Of a stretch of DNA of 64,000 nucleotides, positions 13,973-27,782 are shown piece by piece. This DNA is from the human T2T-CHM13v2.0 reference genome, Homo sapiens: assembly GCF_009914755.1 (NCBI RefSeq), contig NC_060929.1; one strand, 5' to 3'. Made by a program: the position numbers and the translations under genes. Under the pieces are notes generated by a model. That model saw nothing but the letters and a program-made list of their open reading frames with translations, had not been told where the DNA came from and searched no databases. The first letter of the stretch is position 1, and every line of letters starts with the position of its first letter.

Positions 13973-15106
13973 CTAATACATTAATATTCATAGAATATAC
14001 TTTGAGGAAATGTTGCTTTAGGTTCAGCCTTTGCCCTTTATATCTTCTGGTGGCTACATCTCACGTTTACTTGTTTTGCATATGTTTTATACTGTAACTA
14101 TTATTTTGCAATAAATTGTTAAGAAGATTGTTCAGTAAGGCACCCAGTTAGTGGTTAGTGTTGTAAACCTTGGCCTTTTTAAAAAGTACATTTAAAATCA
14201 AGAATGTATAAGTCATACTGCTTTAATTTTCAGCCTTTGAGAAATGCTAGCTAATATAATGTGGGGAGATATCTTATACATGCATACCTATACACAATAG
14301 TGTACAACCATATAGAGACATGTATGTATATATATGCAAACATGCATTTATATATATAAACATATACACAAACACACATTGTGTATGTATGTGTATACAT
14401 ATGTGTCACACAATTAAGTCAAATTGCTACACTGAGGAAAACTTAACAATATTTCAAATAAACCAAAAAATATGTCACTCTGCATTATATTTCCCTAGAT
14501 CAGACAGTAATTTTATATTGTCACACGGCTATCAGAGGTAAGAGACATTCTCTGCCCAGCGGCCTCTGATGTTATAAAATTTGTGAAGTCCTATACTAAC
14601 TGGAGAAGTTGTTTCCTCCAGTTGCTGCACTGCTTCTGCTGTGTCACAAGTATGTAGATCCTGATGAATCGAATTCCTCTCTGGCTTTCAGAATCTGCAT
14701 TCTCTTTCCTAAGGGCTGCTGTTAAGGAATCGGGATACATTTGATACTGATTAACTACCGTTGTCCATGTGCTATTCTTTTGTTATTAGAAGGAGACTGG
14801 CTGTGACGGAGTAGAAGTAGCTGTCAATTTTTTTTTCTTTTTTTGGCTGCTCCGTAGAAAGAGCAGGGCTACCCCATAGGCAAGAATTTTGTCAATAAAA
14901 AATTCAGCAGCTAACAGAAGAAGCACTTGTGTGCTCATCACTCAGTTACCCATATTTTCATTTGTAATATTTTCCACATATATTTCAAATATTTTATTTA
15001 AGAAATGAAATATTACAAATGCAGTTGAATTCCTCTTTCTCTTTCCAGTCTCATTCTATTGTCTTTGTTAAGCAGAGGTTTTACATTTTAATAGATTTAT
15101 TGATTA

Positions 15107-15394
15107 CTTTTTTTTTGAGACAAGGTCTCACTTTGTTGCCCAGGCTAGACTGCTATGGTGAGGTCACGACTCACTGCAGCCTCAACACCCGAGGGCTCAG
15201 GCAATTGTCCCACATCAGCCTCTCGAGTTGCTAGGACTATAGGAGTGTACCACTATGCCTGGCTAATTTTTTGATTTTTTGTATAGACGAGGTCTCACTG
15301 TGTTGGCCAGGCTGGTCTAGAACTCTGGGCTCAAGCTGTCTTCCCACCTTGGCCTCCCAAAGTGTTAGGATTATAGGCATTGGCCCCTCGGCCT
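15107..15394 (-). mobile_element. Alu (J-like)
   Basis: Antisense Alu. Confidence 0.88.
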
Positions 15395-16215
15395 GGAAAG
15401 AAATCCTTTTTCTTCACTCTTGGTTTTTTATTCTGCCTCGAATTTATTTTTGAGTGTGATGTAAGTAAGGTTCTATCTTTCTTTTTTAAAAAATAAGGAT
15501 GGCAATACTACAGTGATTCACTGAATAATACGTAGTTTTCTTTGTGGTCCATACGGCTGTCTCTGTCATATCCCATGTTTACATGTGGACCTGTTTCTGG
15601 AATTTGTGCCGTTTCACTGGCCTACTTGTGTATCTCTACTTGAATATTGTTTTTTTTTTTTGTTGTTGTTGTTGTTTCTTAAACAACAGCTTTATAGTAA
15701 GCCTTCACACCTGGTAGGAAATGCATTCTTATAGCTTTCAATACCCACAAATTTTTCATAGTTTATGGAAGATTAAATACTGTTTTCATTAGCCATTTTT
15801 TTTTTGCATGTGGTCCAGTGTTTGTACTTACTGTTAATTGACCACCTTTTTAAACTTATTGTTAACAGACTACCTCTTTTGGAGCATATCGGTAGTTCCT
15901 TGTGCCATAATTTGAGAACTACTGACCTGGATTCTATACAATAGACCAAAACACCTTCTAAAAAGTATCTTTTACATTCTCCCTTCCTTTCCCCTTTATA
16001 ATATATTAGTTAGTAGATAGAGTGCTTATGACAACTTCTAGGTTTTAGAACATTATTTCTACACTGTAAACTAGAATTGCTAAACTGTAGTTTAGAGGAA
16101 CCTTCTTTTCCCAGGACTACAGATGATTCTTTAACCAGAATCTTTGTTTATAAACTGGGCTTCTTTAGGCTGTAGGGTTTCTGAACTAATTATATCTTTA
16201 AGTTTCAGAAATTCA

Positions 16216-16518
<303 letters not shown>

Positions 16519-17200
16519 TTAGAAAGTTTTACTTAGATTATTTAACCTTCAGTAAAACAAGCAGTAAATTACTAGAAATTCAGCATTAGTATAATCTTTC
16601 ACTTTTGTGAAAGCCTATGTAAGATATAAACTGTGGTATAATCAGAAAGCGTGTAGTTTGAGGGTGTGGTGTGGTTGCTTGTGAAGCAAAGAAATGGCCG
16701 TCTTCATGGGCACGTTGACTACCAACCAGCATAGACATATAGTCATGTGCTGTTTCATGACGGGTATATTCCGAGAAATGCGTCCTTAGGCGATTTCCTC
16801 ATTGTGGGGACATCATAGAGTGTGCTTTTACACAATCTGAGATAGTAGAGGCTATCTCGGCTGTGGGTACAAACCAGTGTAGCATGTTACTGTACTAAAT
16901 ACTTTAGGCAGTTGTAACATGATGGTAAGTATTTGTGTGTCTAAACAGAAAAGGTACAGTAAGAATATAATATAAAAGATAAAAAACGTTACACCTCTAT
17001 AGGGCGCTTAACTTGAATAGCGCTTGCAGGCTTGGATGTTGCTCTGGGTGAGGCAGTCAATGAGTGATTAGTGAATGTGAAAGCCTAGAAAATCACTGTA
17101 TACCACTGTAGACTTCATAATCATTGTACACTTAGGCTACACTAAATATATTGGGAAATATTCTTTCTTCAACAATAAATTAACCACATCTTACTCTAAC

Positions 17201-17299
17201 TTTTTTTTTTTTTTTTTTTTTTTTGAGACGGAGTCTCGCTTTGTCGCCCAGGCTGGAGTGCAGAGGCGCAATCTCGGCTCACTGCAAGCTCTGCCTCCT
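17201..17299 (-). mobile_element. Severely 5'-truncated young Alu (~75 nt plus T24)
   Basis: GAGACGGAGTCTCGC...GCAAGCTCTGCCTCC; flanked by ct.taactt. Confidence 0.88.
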
Positions 17300-17633
17300 G
17301 TAACTTCTTTAGTTTAAAAATTTTTTAAAGTTCTTGACTCCTTTGTAATAGCACTTAGCTTAAAATACACATACATTGTATATTTGTGCAAAAATATTTT
17401 CTTTTGTTATATCCTTATTCTGTAAGCTTTTTTTATTTTACAGTTTTTTCCACTTCTAGTAATTTTTCTTAAAATCTAAATCAAAGACACAAACACATTA
17501 GCCTAGGCCTACGCAGGGTTAGGATCATCAATATCATTGTCTTGCACCTCCACATCTTGTCCCACTAGAAGGTCTTCTGGGGCGTTAACACACATGCAGC
17601 TGTCATCTCCTATGATAACAATGCCTTCTTCTG

Positions 17634-17934
17634 AGCTGGGTGTGGTAGCTCACGCCTATAATCCAAGCACTTTGGAAGGCCAAGGCGGGCAAATTGCTTG
17701 AGCCCAGGAATTCAATACCAGTTTGGGCAACATGATGAAACCCTGTCTCCACAAAAAATACAAAAATTAGCCAGACATGGTGGCATGTGCCTATAGTCCC
17801 AGCTACTCGGGAGGCTGAGGTGGGATTGCTTGAGCCTAAGAGGTCAAGGCTGCTGTGAGCCATGATCATGCCACTGCAGTTCCAGCCTGGGTGACAGAGT
17901 GAGACTCTTTCAAAAAAAGAAACAACAACAAAAA
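17634..17934 (+). mobile_element. Alu (J-like), TSD aatgccttct
   Basis: Dimeric Alu inside Tigger3. Confidence 0.9.
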
Positions 17935-18142
17935 ATGCCTTCTCCTGTCATACCTACTGAAGGACCTGCCTGAGGCAGTTTTACAGTTAACTTTTTTTTT
18001 AATTGGTAGAGGAGTATATTCTAAAGTAACAATAAAGAAGTATAGTGTAGCATATACATAAGCCAGTAACGTAGTTGCTTATTTTCATTATTAAGTATTA
18101 TATACTACTGAACATAATTGTATGTACTATACTTTTGTTTTA

Positions 18143-18429
18143 TAAAGAGACAGGGTCTTGCTGTGTCACCCAGGCTGGAGTACAGTGGCGTGATCATAGC
18201 TTACTGCAGCCTTGAATTCCTGGGCTCAAGTTATCCTCCCACCTCAACTTCCCAATTACCTGGGATTACAAGTGCATGTTACCAGGCCTTCCTAATTCTT
18301 TGATTTTTTTGTAGAGTGGGATCTCTCTATGTTGCCCAGGCTGCTCTCAAACTTTGAGCCTCAAGCAATTCTCCCTTTGTGGCCTCCCAAAGTACTGGGA
18401 TTATAGGTGTGAGCAACTGCACCAGGCCA
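18143..18429 (-). mobile_element. Alu (J-like)
   Basis: Antisense Alu inside Tigger3. Confidence 0.88.
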
Positions 18430-20414
18430 TGTCTGTGCTGTACTTTTATACTACTGGCTGTGCAGTAGATTTCTTTACACCAGCATCACCGCAAATGCAT
18501 AGGTAATGTGATGTGTTTTGACAGCCATGACATCACTATGTGATGGGAATTTTCAACTCAGTTATAATCTTATGAGACTACGTTTGTAAATGTGATCTGT
18601 TGTTGACTAATACATTATTATGTGATGCATAATTGTATTGAATTTTCTAAAATGGAAAGTTACTAGGTGGAGTTTAATGAAGTACTTTCAGTGGTATGGA
18701 GAAGACTGTAGCATAGCCTGTATTTACTGTGGGAAGTACAGCTGGGATCTGGGCAGAGGTATTACAGGTGCTTTGAAACTCTTCTGTCTTTCCACTCTTG
18801 TGCGTTTTATGGGTCTTTCAGTTTTGTCAATTTTTCTTTTGTACACTCTCTAATTTTTTTTTCTATTTACCTATCCTTTGTATCTCAAAAACACTGCTAC
18901 AGATCTTGATCTCTCAACTAGTCTGTGTTTTGAACGATCCCAGAATGAATTCTGAATTCAATTATACTCATCAAATATAAATTCTGAAGGAAATATAAAA
19001 TAATCTGTGTTTGAGACATCAAAATATTAGACCTATCTAAAACCAAGAAGAAAGGAAACCTTAGTCTACTAAGTTTCCTACAGTCAGTTTTGAGTTTATA
19101 ATTGATATGTCTATTAATTATACATGAAAATGACCTTGAGAATTTTTTTCTTGAAAGGAGATGAATTTATTTATTTATTTTTATTTTATCTCTGGTCCTT
19201 GATTCAGGAGGAGATGAATACATCAAAGATGCTTTCTATCCTTTTAGGAAACTTATTCATATAACATTTCAGAAGGATGATACCAGATTGTATAATTCAG
19301 TGTACTAATGTATAGGATAATGTCATTTATGTTAGTATTTCTTATGCCTAGCGTGGAGTCAAGTCTTAGAAAATGCTTATTGAAAGAATTAGGAATAGGG
19401 ATAGGAAAGAACCCAAGAATGAGGATGGCTTTTTAAATAATTGAATTATGAAATCATAATTTTATTTCTCCTTAGCATATTATTATTTTGTGTCTGCCTT
19501 ATTTACATTTTCCTGGTGGTCTTAAGTCCCTGAGATACTGCCATTTCTTTCTGGCCCCAACACCATGCTCACTGTTTTAGTCTGTGGACTGCCTTCACTG
19601 CTATGGGCAAGATGTAAAAGTGGTCAGGCATTAGGCTAGTCCAAATCCACCTAAGTGTCTTGATAAGATGCATTCGTTGTGACATCTGCACAGAAGTTTC
19701 TGGCTCTGCTTACCTTTGTAGCAGTATTTGGAAGTACTGTTGACCTGCATTTTCTTCTCATTCATTTCCCTGTTTCTCTCATGCTTTGGGGGATCTGTCC
19801 AATGTTTCTTATGTCTTGACGGCACTTACTCTCCCAATTTGGAATTGCCTGTTATCTTTTCCTGAATTTTCTGAGGTTTCAGCTGGGGTAGGGTAGACAG
19901 ACTCACAGTAGAAATGTGTTAGACTTTTCTACCAGTCTTCTAGCACACTCCACAAGTCTTCATTCTATAAACTCAAGTTTTGATGTTGTCCCCCCATTGC
20001 TTGAGTTGCTGCCAAATTCATTCCATTTCTTTGTGGTAAGTACCTCTTATTTCTTTTAAAGCTCAGGAAGAGCCGACTGTTTTTCTTATGTTTATTTGTC
20101 ATCATTTAAAATGCTCTTTAACTTTCCTTAAAAGTCTGTGTTTTTTTATTTTCCCTTGTGATCTGGCTTTCTGTTCTTGCAGTCAAACTGGAATGCAGGC
20201 AGTTCATCTTAATTCATTTCACCTTTTTCTCTGCACATACTACTACACTGACTTCCCCTTTTTAGGAAGGAAAACATTGTTTTATTCAGGTGTCTTGTTT
20301 CATTTACTTATTTGCATAAATGTTATGGCTCGGGGTTGAGTGCATCTCTAGAATAAATGGTCCTTTCGTGGAGGAAAGTCGAGAGAATTAAGGGTTAGTG
20401 TGCTGGCAGTTTGA

Positions 20415-20754
<340 letters not shown>

Positions 20755-20931
20755 CTTGATTTCTTGTTTCTTTTTGAGGGGCTTTCATGTCTTGGTCTCT
20801 GTGAATTGTTAATATTGTACTTGTATATTCACTCAGTACTAAATGCTGGGAACTTAAAGATGTTTATGTGTAGTCCATGTCCTCAAGGGGATTGTCCTGT
20901 GCTTAATGTTTTCAAGTTAGCCATTTTTATC

Positions 20932-21072
20932 AGTATCTATTAATATATTAATAGTATCTACTAATATATTAATAGTATCTATTAATATATTAATAGTATC
21001 TACTAATATATTAATAGTATCTATTAATATATTAATAGTATCTATTAATATATTAATAGTATCTATTAATAG
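20932..21072. repeat. AT-rich minisatellite, 21-bp unit AGTATCTA(T/C)TAATATATTAAT x6 plus a partial unit
   Basis: Units start at 20932, 20953, 20974, 20995, 21016, 21037, 21058. Confidence 0.95.
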
Positions 21073-22297
21073 ATTCTATTAATAGTTTAATATCTATTCC
21101 TCTCCTCCCCAGATTGTAAGATCTGTATGGGCATGGCTTACTCAGCTTTTTCTACAGCAGCTAACACAGTGCCGATGATAGTTCCTCATTGAATAGTTTT
21201 TGATGCAGTACCTGACCATACTGTCTTTTCGTGAGGTCATTTTGTGGCAGATCAAGTGGCAGCAAATTTGTTAAATCTGTTAAAAATCTGGAAATGTTCA
21301 CATTGCCTTTAGAGACAGTGAATAAAAGGAAAAAGCAGGTGAAAAAACATCTGCACTGTAGGCTCTTAGAATCTGCGGATTTGGCAGTAGAGTATTTAAC
21401 ATTTGGTGAAGGTGGCTAATTGCATCTCAAGACCTCAGAAGCTCCTGTAAAATGTTTTAAACGCTTACTTTTTGAAAAATGACTGGAAAGAAAATAACAG
21501 TTGCTATAGTGTAACATCTAAGAAAGTAATGGTTCTCAGCTGGGAAATAAAAGTTTTAGATATATTATCTCACAGATTGAAATATAGAATTTAGTCATGT
21601 CTTGAGCTCATGTTACTTTATGTGGAAACTATGAATATCTTAGCCCATGCCAATTTTAGCCGATTAAGTCTGCGATAACACTTGAAAGAGAATGAGATTA
21701 TGTTGTAATATGATTTGCCCAGGTAACATGCTGGTACACATGGAAAATATGATTTAGGAGGTCAGGAGCATATGTAAACCTTTCTGTATTTGTGAACTGT
21801 GGGATTTAGCAAATCTCAAAATATTTTGGGGATATTTCAAAGATTTACTGTAATTGAGGTTACAGGTGGAAATTTGCTTGTGTTCTTTCTCCTCCCCACC
21901 TCCTTCCTTCCTTGTCTCCTTTTGCACCTTTGACTTACACATCCTCCAATTTGTCCAACCCCACCCTGGTTTCCTGCTTCCTTCTTCCTCAATCCCATGC
22001 TCTCCACATACTTTACTGCAAATTATTTTCCTTCCTGGAAGGACCCACTGGATTAAAGGCTTATTAAGTAAATTATGGGAAACTGAAAAGAATAGGAATA
22101 AATGCTACTTTACCTTTTCTTTTTATTCCTTGCTTTGGATAAGGAGAGTATCCCTTTATTTCTGAATATTTACATGGTCTGTGACTCTAATAATAATAAG
22201 AGTACAGAAAGTGATTTGGAATAAAATTTTTTGTTTGATATTAATGATGTTTAGTCATTCTAAAATAATTAAAAACTAATGATATACTTTCTTTTAG

Positions 22298-22331
22298 GTC
22301 CGTATTGAAACAGCTACAACTTTGAAGTTAA
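22298..22331 (+). CDS. IPO11: IPO11 coding exon (VRIETATTLKL), 34 nt, upstream of a U12 AT-AC intron
   Basis: ctttcttttAG acceptor; followed by |ATATCCTTC, the U12 5' splice-site consensus. Confidence 0.93.
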
Positions 22332-22488
22332 ATATCCTTCTGAAAATTTAAAAATACTTCATTGCAAAGAACTTTAACACTTTTAATTATTATTTATTTT
22401 GTGAAATTAATTTATGTATACTTGTTTTAGATACAGATTTATTTTGATAAAACTTATATATTCTCAGTATTCCTTAACTGTTCTTCAC
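22332..22488 (+). other. U12-type (minor spliceosome) AT-AC intron, 157 nt
   Basis: 5' ATATCCTT; branch-point consensus TTCCTTAAC at 22470..22478; terminal CAC at 22486..22488; removal gives A|CT GTT GAT GAT (TVDD) in frame. Confidence 0.95.
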
Positions 22489-22529
22489 CTGTTGATGATT
22501 TTGAATTTAGAACAGATCAGTTTCTACCG
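22489..22529 (+). CDS. IPO11: IPO11 coding exon (TVDDFEFRTDQFLP), 41 nt
   Basis: Follows the AC acceptor; CCG|GTAAGA donor; phase 1 to 0. Confidence 0.93.
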
Positions 22530-23871
22530 GTAAGAATATACATTTCCAGGTATTTTTTTTAAAAAACAATTTCTGCTTATGTCTTTGAATACTATTTTAT
22601 ACATGAAATTATCTATGTGTTACTTATTAAAGTTGAATTTAAAAGTATGCTGTATTGGATTATTTTGGAGGACATAATTTTTATTTGTAAACTGTTTTGG
22701 TAACTTTTATTGCTAACAGTTCACTTATATTCTGCTTACTTTTGTTTAGCAATTTTGTCATCTGTGTTGAAGTTGGTTGTCAAACTTTTTTTTTCAAAAT
22801 TGAAAAACATCTAGTATCTTCATTTTATGTGTGTCTGTTACTTTTTTGCTCCTTAGGTTATTTCTCTGTGTTATTTGCATTTGTATATCTTTATCCTGTC
22901 CTACACACTAGACTGTAAATTACTTGACGAGCAGAATACCAAGTTCTACTCATCTTTTTACTCTTTACTCAACCCCCAGCACCTAACATGGTGTTTTGCC
23001 ATAACTGGTACTCAGTAAGCACTTGTTAAACATATCAGTAACATTGGGGTGTTAATATTTGTTCTTAAGAGGACTGGGTGAGAAGAAAGTTACGTGATAA
23101 AATGTACTTCTTTTGGTGAGGGAGATAGATAGGGAAGCTTGTAAAGCAGTGATCTTGCTTTAATAAAATAATCACTAGACATTTTTGGATGAAAGAAATG
23201 TGTTGTAGAAGTGTGTGCTAAAATGAACCCTATATCTGAAAGAACAAATTCTTGCTTTATGTAAGTGTGATTTGTTAAGTTTCTAACGTAATTTTCATAA
23301 TATAAGAGTTCACAGCCAGACATAGGGTATTTGTTTTTGATTTCCTAATAAGAACTATTCTGCCATTTTTAGAATAACAAATTATATCTATAAAAATATA
23401 TATTTCCATGCAATATATATTAAGGGTTACATCAGATAGCTAGTATGTGAGTGCAATAATTAACGTCTTTTTGCCGTAATGAGTAGGTCTTGCAAAACAA
23501 AACATTTCGTGATTGGCACCAGGCATATATGGAAGAACAGTGACAAGGCACTGTTAACAGTTTAGTTAACAGTATAAAATTTAAACAGACATAGCGTAGA
23601 CAATATTCCTCTAAACATTATTCAGTTTGTAGATGAGTTAAATTCTGAAATGGACACATTCAGCAGCAATGAAGAAAGAAAACACTTTGTAAAACAATAT
23701 GTACCGGCAGCTTGAACGATTTCAGGTTGTTTAGGTAATGCCAAGCTTTTGGCTGTTTATTTGACTTACTGCTTTGACATTATGATTTATTTCTTACTTC
23801 TGTTCGTATGAATGTAGAGGTCTTTCATTTCTATTATAAACCTTTTTTATTTTCTTTCTTTTTACCTGCAG

Positions 23872-23988
23872 TATTTGGAAACCATGTTCACACTACTTTT
23901 TCAGTTACTGCAGCAAGTTACAGAATGTGACACAAAGATGCATGTTTTGCATGTCCTTTCTTGTGTGATCGAAAGAGTCAACATGCAG
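23872..23988 (+). CDS. IPO11: IPO11 coding exon (YLETMFTLLFQLL...ERVNMQ), 117 nt
   Basis: Long pyrimidine tract plus ctgcAG; CAG|GTAATT donor; phase 0 to 0. Confidence 0.95.
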
Positions 23989-25762
23989 GTAATTATATTG
24001 TAAAACATGAAAATAAATGAGGGGTGGGTAGAATAGACGTAGAATTCATTAATATCCTTGACTACATTGTTTAAGAGTTAAAACATTAATTGAAATGCTT
24101 CTAACTTATAGATTGTGGTTTCAGTTATGTATTATTCAAAATTGACATATTCGATTTTCTAAAAATGAGAAAATTAAAATACTAAAAAAAAAATTGGATC
24201 AACAGTGTAGAGGTGTTCATAGAGCAGAATTTTACATATTTTAGAAGATCCAGCCGATGTAAAATTGAGTGTGTTTGAGGGCATAGCCACAAGTGTCCAT
24301 CAGCAAGACTTCTGGGAAAGTCTGTTATTTTTACCTGAAAAATTAAGTATTTTTTGCAGTCTGGTCTGCATTATATTTACATTTGGCTTAACATAAAAAT
24401 GAGGTATAAAGCTCTTAACAGTTCAGTTATTCAGCTTCCCCTGTCACTCTGAATCTTTGTGGAAAATTGTTAATCCGGAAAACCACACTGTAATTATCGT
24501 TGTGACTTCCTATATTCTAGTTCACCATTGCATATCCTTGTTTGGAAAGCACTGAAGCAAATCTGTGATTTGCATTGTATTAGGAAAGATAATTGATTTG
24601 GATTTCACAGACTTAGAGTTTACCCTTGGATCTGCTGTTAGTGAATTGTGACACCTTGAGCAGATTTATTAATTCTAAAGCAGTTGATGAGAATAGCTAT
24701 TAATTATTGACTAATGACAACATACTGACATATGTGCTACATGCTTTGCATATATTTCTCATTTAGTTCTCACAAAAAACTTGAGGTAGAGGAGTTAGAA
24801 TTTATTGTCTCAAACAATTTGAGACTTGAAGGAACTTTTCAAAGTTCACGTATTTTAATGGCACTGCCAGTACTTTAAGCATAATGCGACTCCCGTGGTA
24901 GGGTTGAGTCACTGTTAATCATTTGAAACAGATCTGGGTACTGGTGTCTAAAAGTAGTAATATCTGTGTGATTCTTAGTACTTGGTGTTCTTAATACATT
25001 AATCACATTAATTCATTTGATGGTGTTTTTTTCAACAACATTGAGAGAATTTGGTCACACAGAGTTCATTGCAACTGTTTTAAGAACTCATTTTAAGTCC
25101 TTGCCTCTGCTATTTAGTTTGGGCAAAGTCTTTAACCTTGTGTCCTCATGTATAAAATGGTAAAGATAATTCTGAACTCACCTAACTTAGGATTTCATGA
25201 GCATAAAATTATTTCACATCTCCAAAATGCTTCAGGGTACTATAAAGTTGCAATAAATGGTTTAAAAAGTTGATTATAAAAACAAGATTTGGCTATTTTC
25301 TGTAATTTTATTTAGAAATATATGGCAGATGGAAATTTCTTAGATAAAACTTTTTTTTAAATAGAAATGGGTCTTCTTATCTTTGTCTCCCCAAACTTGG
25401 AATTAAAACTTTTTCTGTAAAGTTTGTTATTTTTTTGGCTTAGTAAATTTAAAAATGCTTATGTGTTTCTGTCTACACTCATCTTTCGGAGCACAAATAG
25501 CCTAAGCAGCTTACATGCCTATATCATCAGAAAGTAACAATAAGGTATAGTTATTCAATATAGTTTTTGTTTTTGAAAACTCAAACTAAATAGGAAATGG
25601 TTAAAAAAATATTTTCAGTTGTCTGATTCTTTTTTTTTCTACCTTAACCTCTGATCAACCCTATCATTTTTATCATTGTTGCATATATCCCTTAACTCTC
25701 TTTAATATGCCAAATTTGACGTTTGTCCATGAGGCAGCAAACTTTTAAAAAATGTTAACAAA

Positions 25763-26091
<329 letters not shown>

Positions 26092-26135
26092 TGATATTAG
26101 GCAGCAAACATTTTGAGCCATCTTACAATAGTGCT

Positions 26136-26636
26136 TTCTTCTTCTTCTTCTTTCTTCCTTTGTCTTCCTTCTTCCTTCTTTCTTTCTTCTTTCTTCTTCT
26201 TTCTTCCTCCCTTCCTCCTTTCCTCCCTTTCTCCCTCCCTCCCTCCCTCCGTCTCTCTCTCTTTCTTTCTTTCACAAAGTGCAGGTTTGTTACGTAGGTA
26301 TACATGTGCCATGTTGTTTTGCTGCACCCATCATGTTGACAGTTACATTAGGTATTTCTCCTAATGCTATCCCTCCCCCAGCCCCGCACCACTCGCCCCC
26401 AACAGGCCCCGGTGTGAGATGTTCCCCGCCCTGTGTCCATGTGTTCTCATTGTTCAACTCCCACCTATGAGTGAGAACATGCGGTGTTTGGTTTTCTGTC
26501 CTTGTGGTAGTTTGCTGAGAATGATGGTAATGATAGACTGGATTAAGAAAATGTGGCACATATACACCGTGGAATACTATGCAGCCATAAAGAAGGATGA
26601 GTTCATGTCCTTTGCAGGGACATGGATGAAGCTGGA
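26136..26636 (-). mobile_element. Short L1PA 3' end with a 5' inversion (~26530..26636 in + orientation) and a pyrimidine microsatellite tail; 16-bp TSD TACAATAGTGCTTTCT
   Basis: TSD at 26124..26139 and 26637..26652; L1 3' sequence present in both orientations. Confidence 0.92.
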
Positions 26637-27124
26637 TACAATAGTGCTTTCTGACACATACAGTTTAATGTTGAAGTTTCAGTAAAGTCACCATCTTTGT
26701 ACCATACTGTACAATTATTTGAATATTGTCTTTACTTTTTGATAAAGTAGTTGAAAACCTACAGTTAACTTTTCTAGTGCAGAGATCTTATAAATATATA
26801 GTCAAAATAAATATGTAATCATCAGGCGTGGTATCAGGTGGTCTTTGGGCCTGTGCATTTCTGAAGTGAAAGAACAAAATTAAAGGGACTCTGTGAAATA
26901 TAAAATACTCTGTTGAAAATTTTATCTAAAAGATGAGGTGTCCTTAGGAACTTAGAGTAATTTTTTTAACCCCAATGATAGAGCCCTCATTAAAACATTT
27001 GTTAGATTGTCACCTATTTGATTTTCATGTTTTCAGTGATATGAATTTAAGTGGAGCTTTCCCTATATATGAGTTAACTCATAAGACTATAATACTCAAA
27101 GTGCTTCCCCCACACCTCAAATTC

Positions 27125-27782
27125 TTTGGTAAGAACACTTAACATGAGATCCATCCTCTTAACAAAATTATAAGAGTAGAATACATTATTGTTGACTTTT
27201 GCTACAACATTCTATAGCAGAACCCTAAAGCTTATTCATCTTGTTTACCTGAAACTTTATGCCTGTTGATTAGTAACTTATTTCCCCTTCCCCTTAGTCC
27301 CTGGCAACCACTGTTCCACTCTTTGATTCTATGAATTAGACTATTTTAGATACCTCATATAAGTAGAATTGGTGTATATATGCAATTGTGTGTGTAATAC
27401 CACATGTTCTTTATCCATTCATCTGTTGATGGATATTTAGGCTGCTTCCACATGTTGGCTATTGTGAATAGTGCTACAGTAAACATGGTAGTGCTAATAA
27501 TTTCTTTGGGATCCTGATTTCAGTTCTTTTGAATAGATGCCCAGAAATGGGATTGCTGGATGATAACGATAGTTCTGGTTTTCATTTTTTTTGGAAGCTC
27601 AATGCTACTTTCCATAGTGGCTGTAACATTTTACATTCCTAGCAACAGTGTACAAAGATACCAGTTTCTCCACACCATTGCCAACACTTGTCTTATCTTT
27701 TATTTTTGTTTTGTAATAGCCACCCTGACAGGCATGAGGTGATATCTCATTGTGGTTTTTGACTTGCATTTCCCTAATGACT
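27125..27782 (-). mobile_element. Older L1 (L1MA/MB-like) 3' fragment
   Basis: Antisense L1 ORF2-end/3' UTR motifs (ttggctattgtgaatagtgct; gaggtgatatctcattgtggtttt). Confidence 0.75.

Larger units (their letters stand above)
16740..18635. mobile_element. Tigger3/MER7-family (TcMar) DNA transposon interrupted by three Alus
   Basis: TA-flanked terminal inverted repeats (TAGTCATGTGC... / ...GCATAATTG); internal sequence matches Tigger3 as recalled. Confidence 0.8.

Noticed and set aside
14715-14730. Minus-strand TTCCTTAAC...AG resembling a U12 branch point and acceptor
   Set aside because: No matching U12 donor or exon chain was found on that strand; likely chance.
20932-21072. CRISPR-like array of palindromic repeats
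   Set aside because: No unique spacers; contiguous minisatellite in a primate intron.
23620-23742. Possible cryptic exon (attcAG ... TAG|GTAATG) upstream of exon 23872
   Set aside because: Weak pyrimidine tract and not needed for the IPO11 frame; cannot be supported without RNA data.
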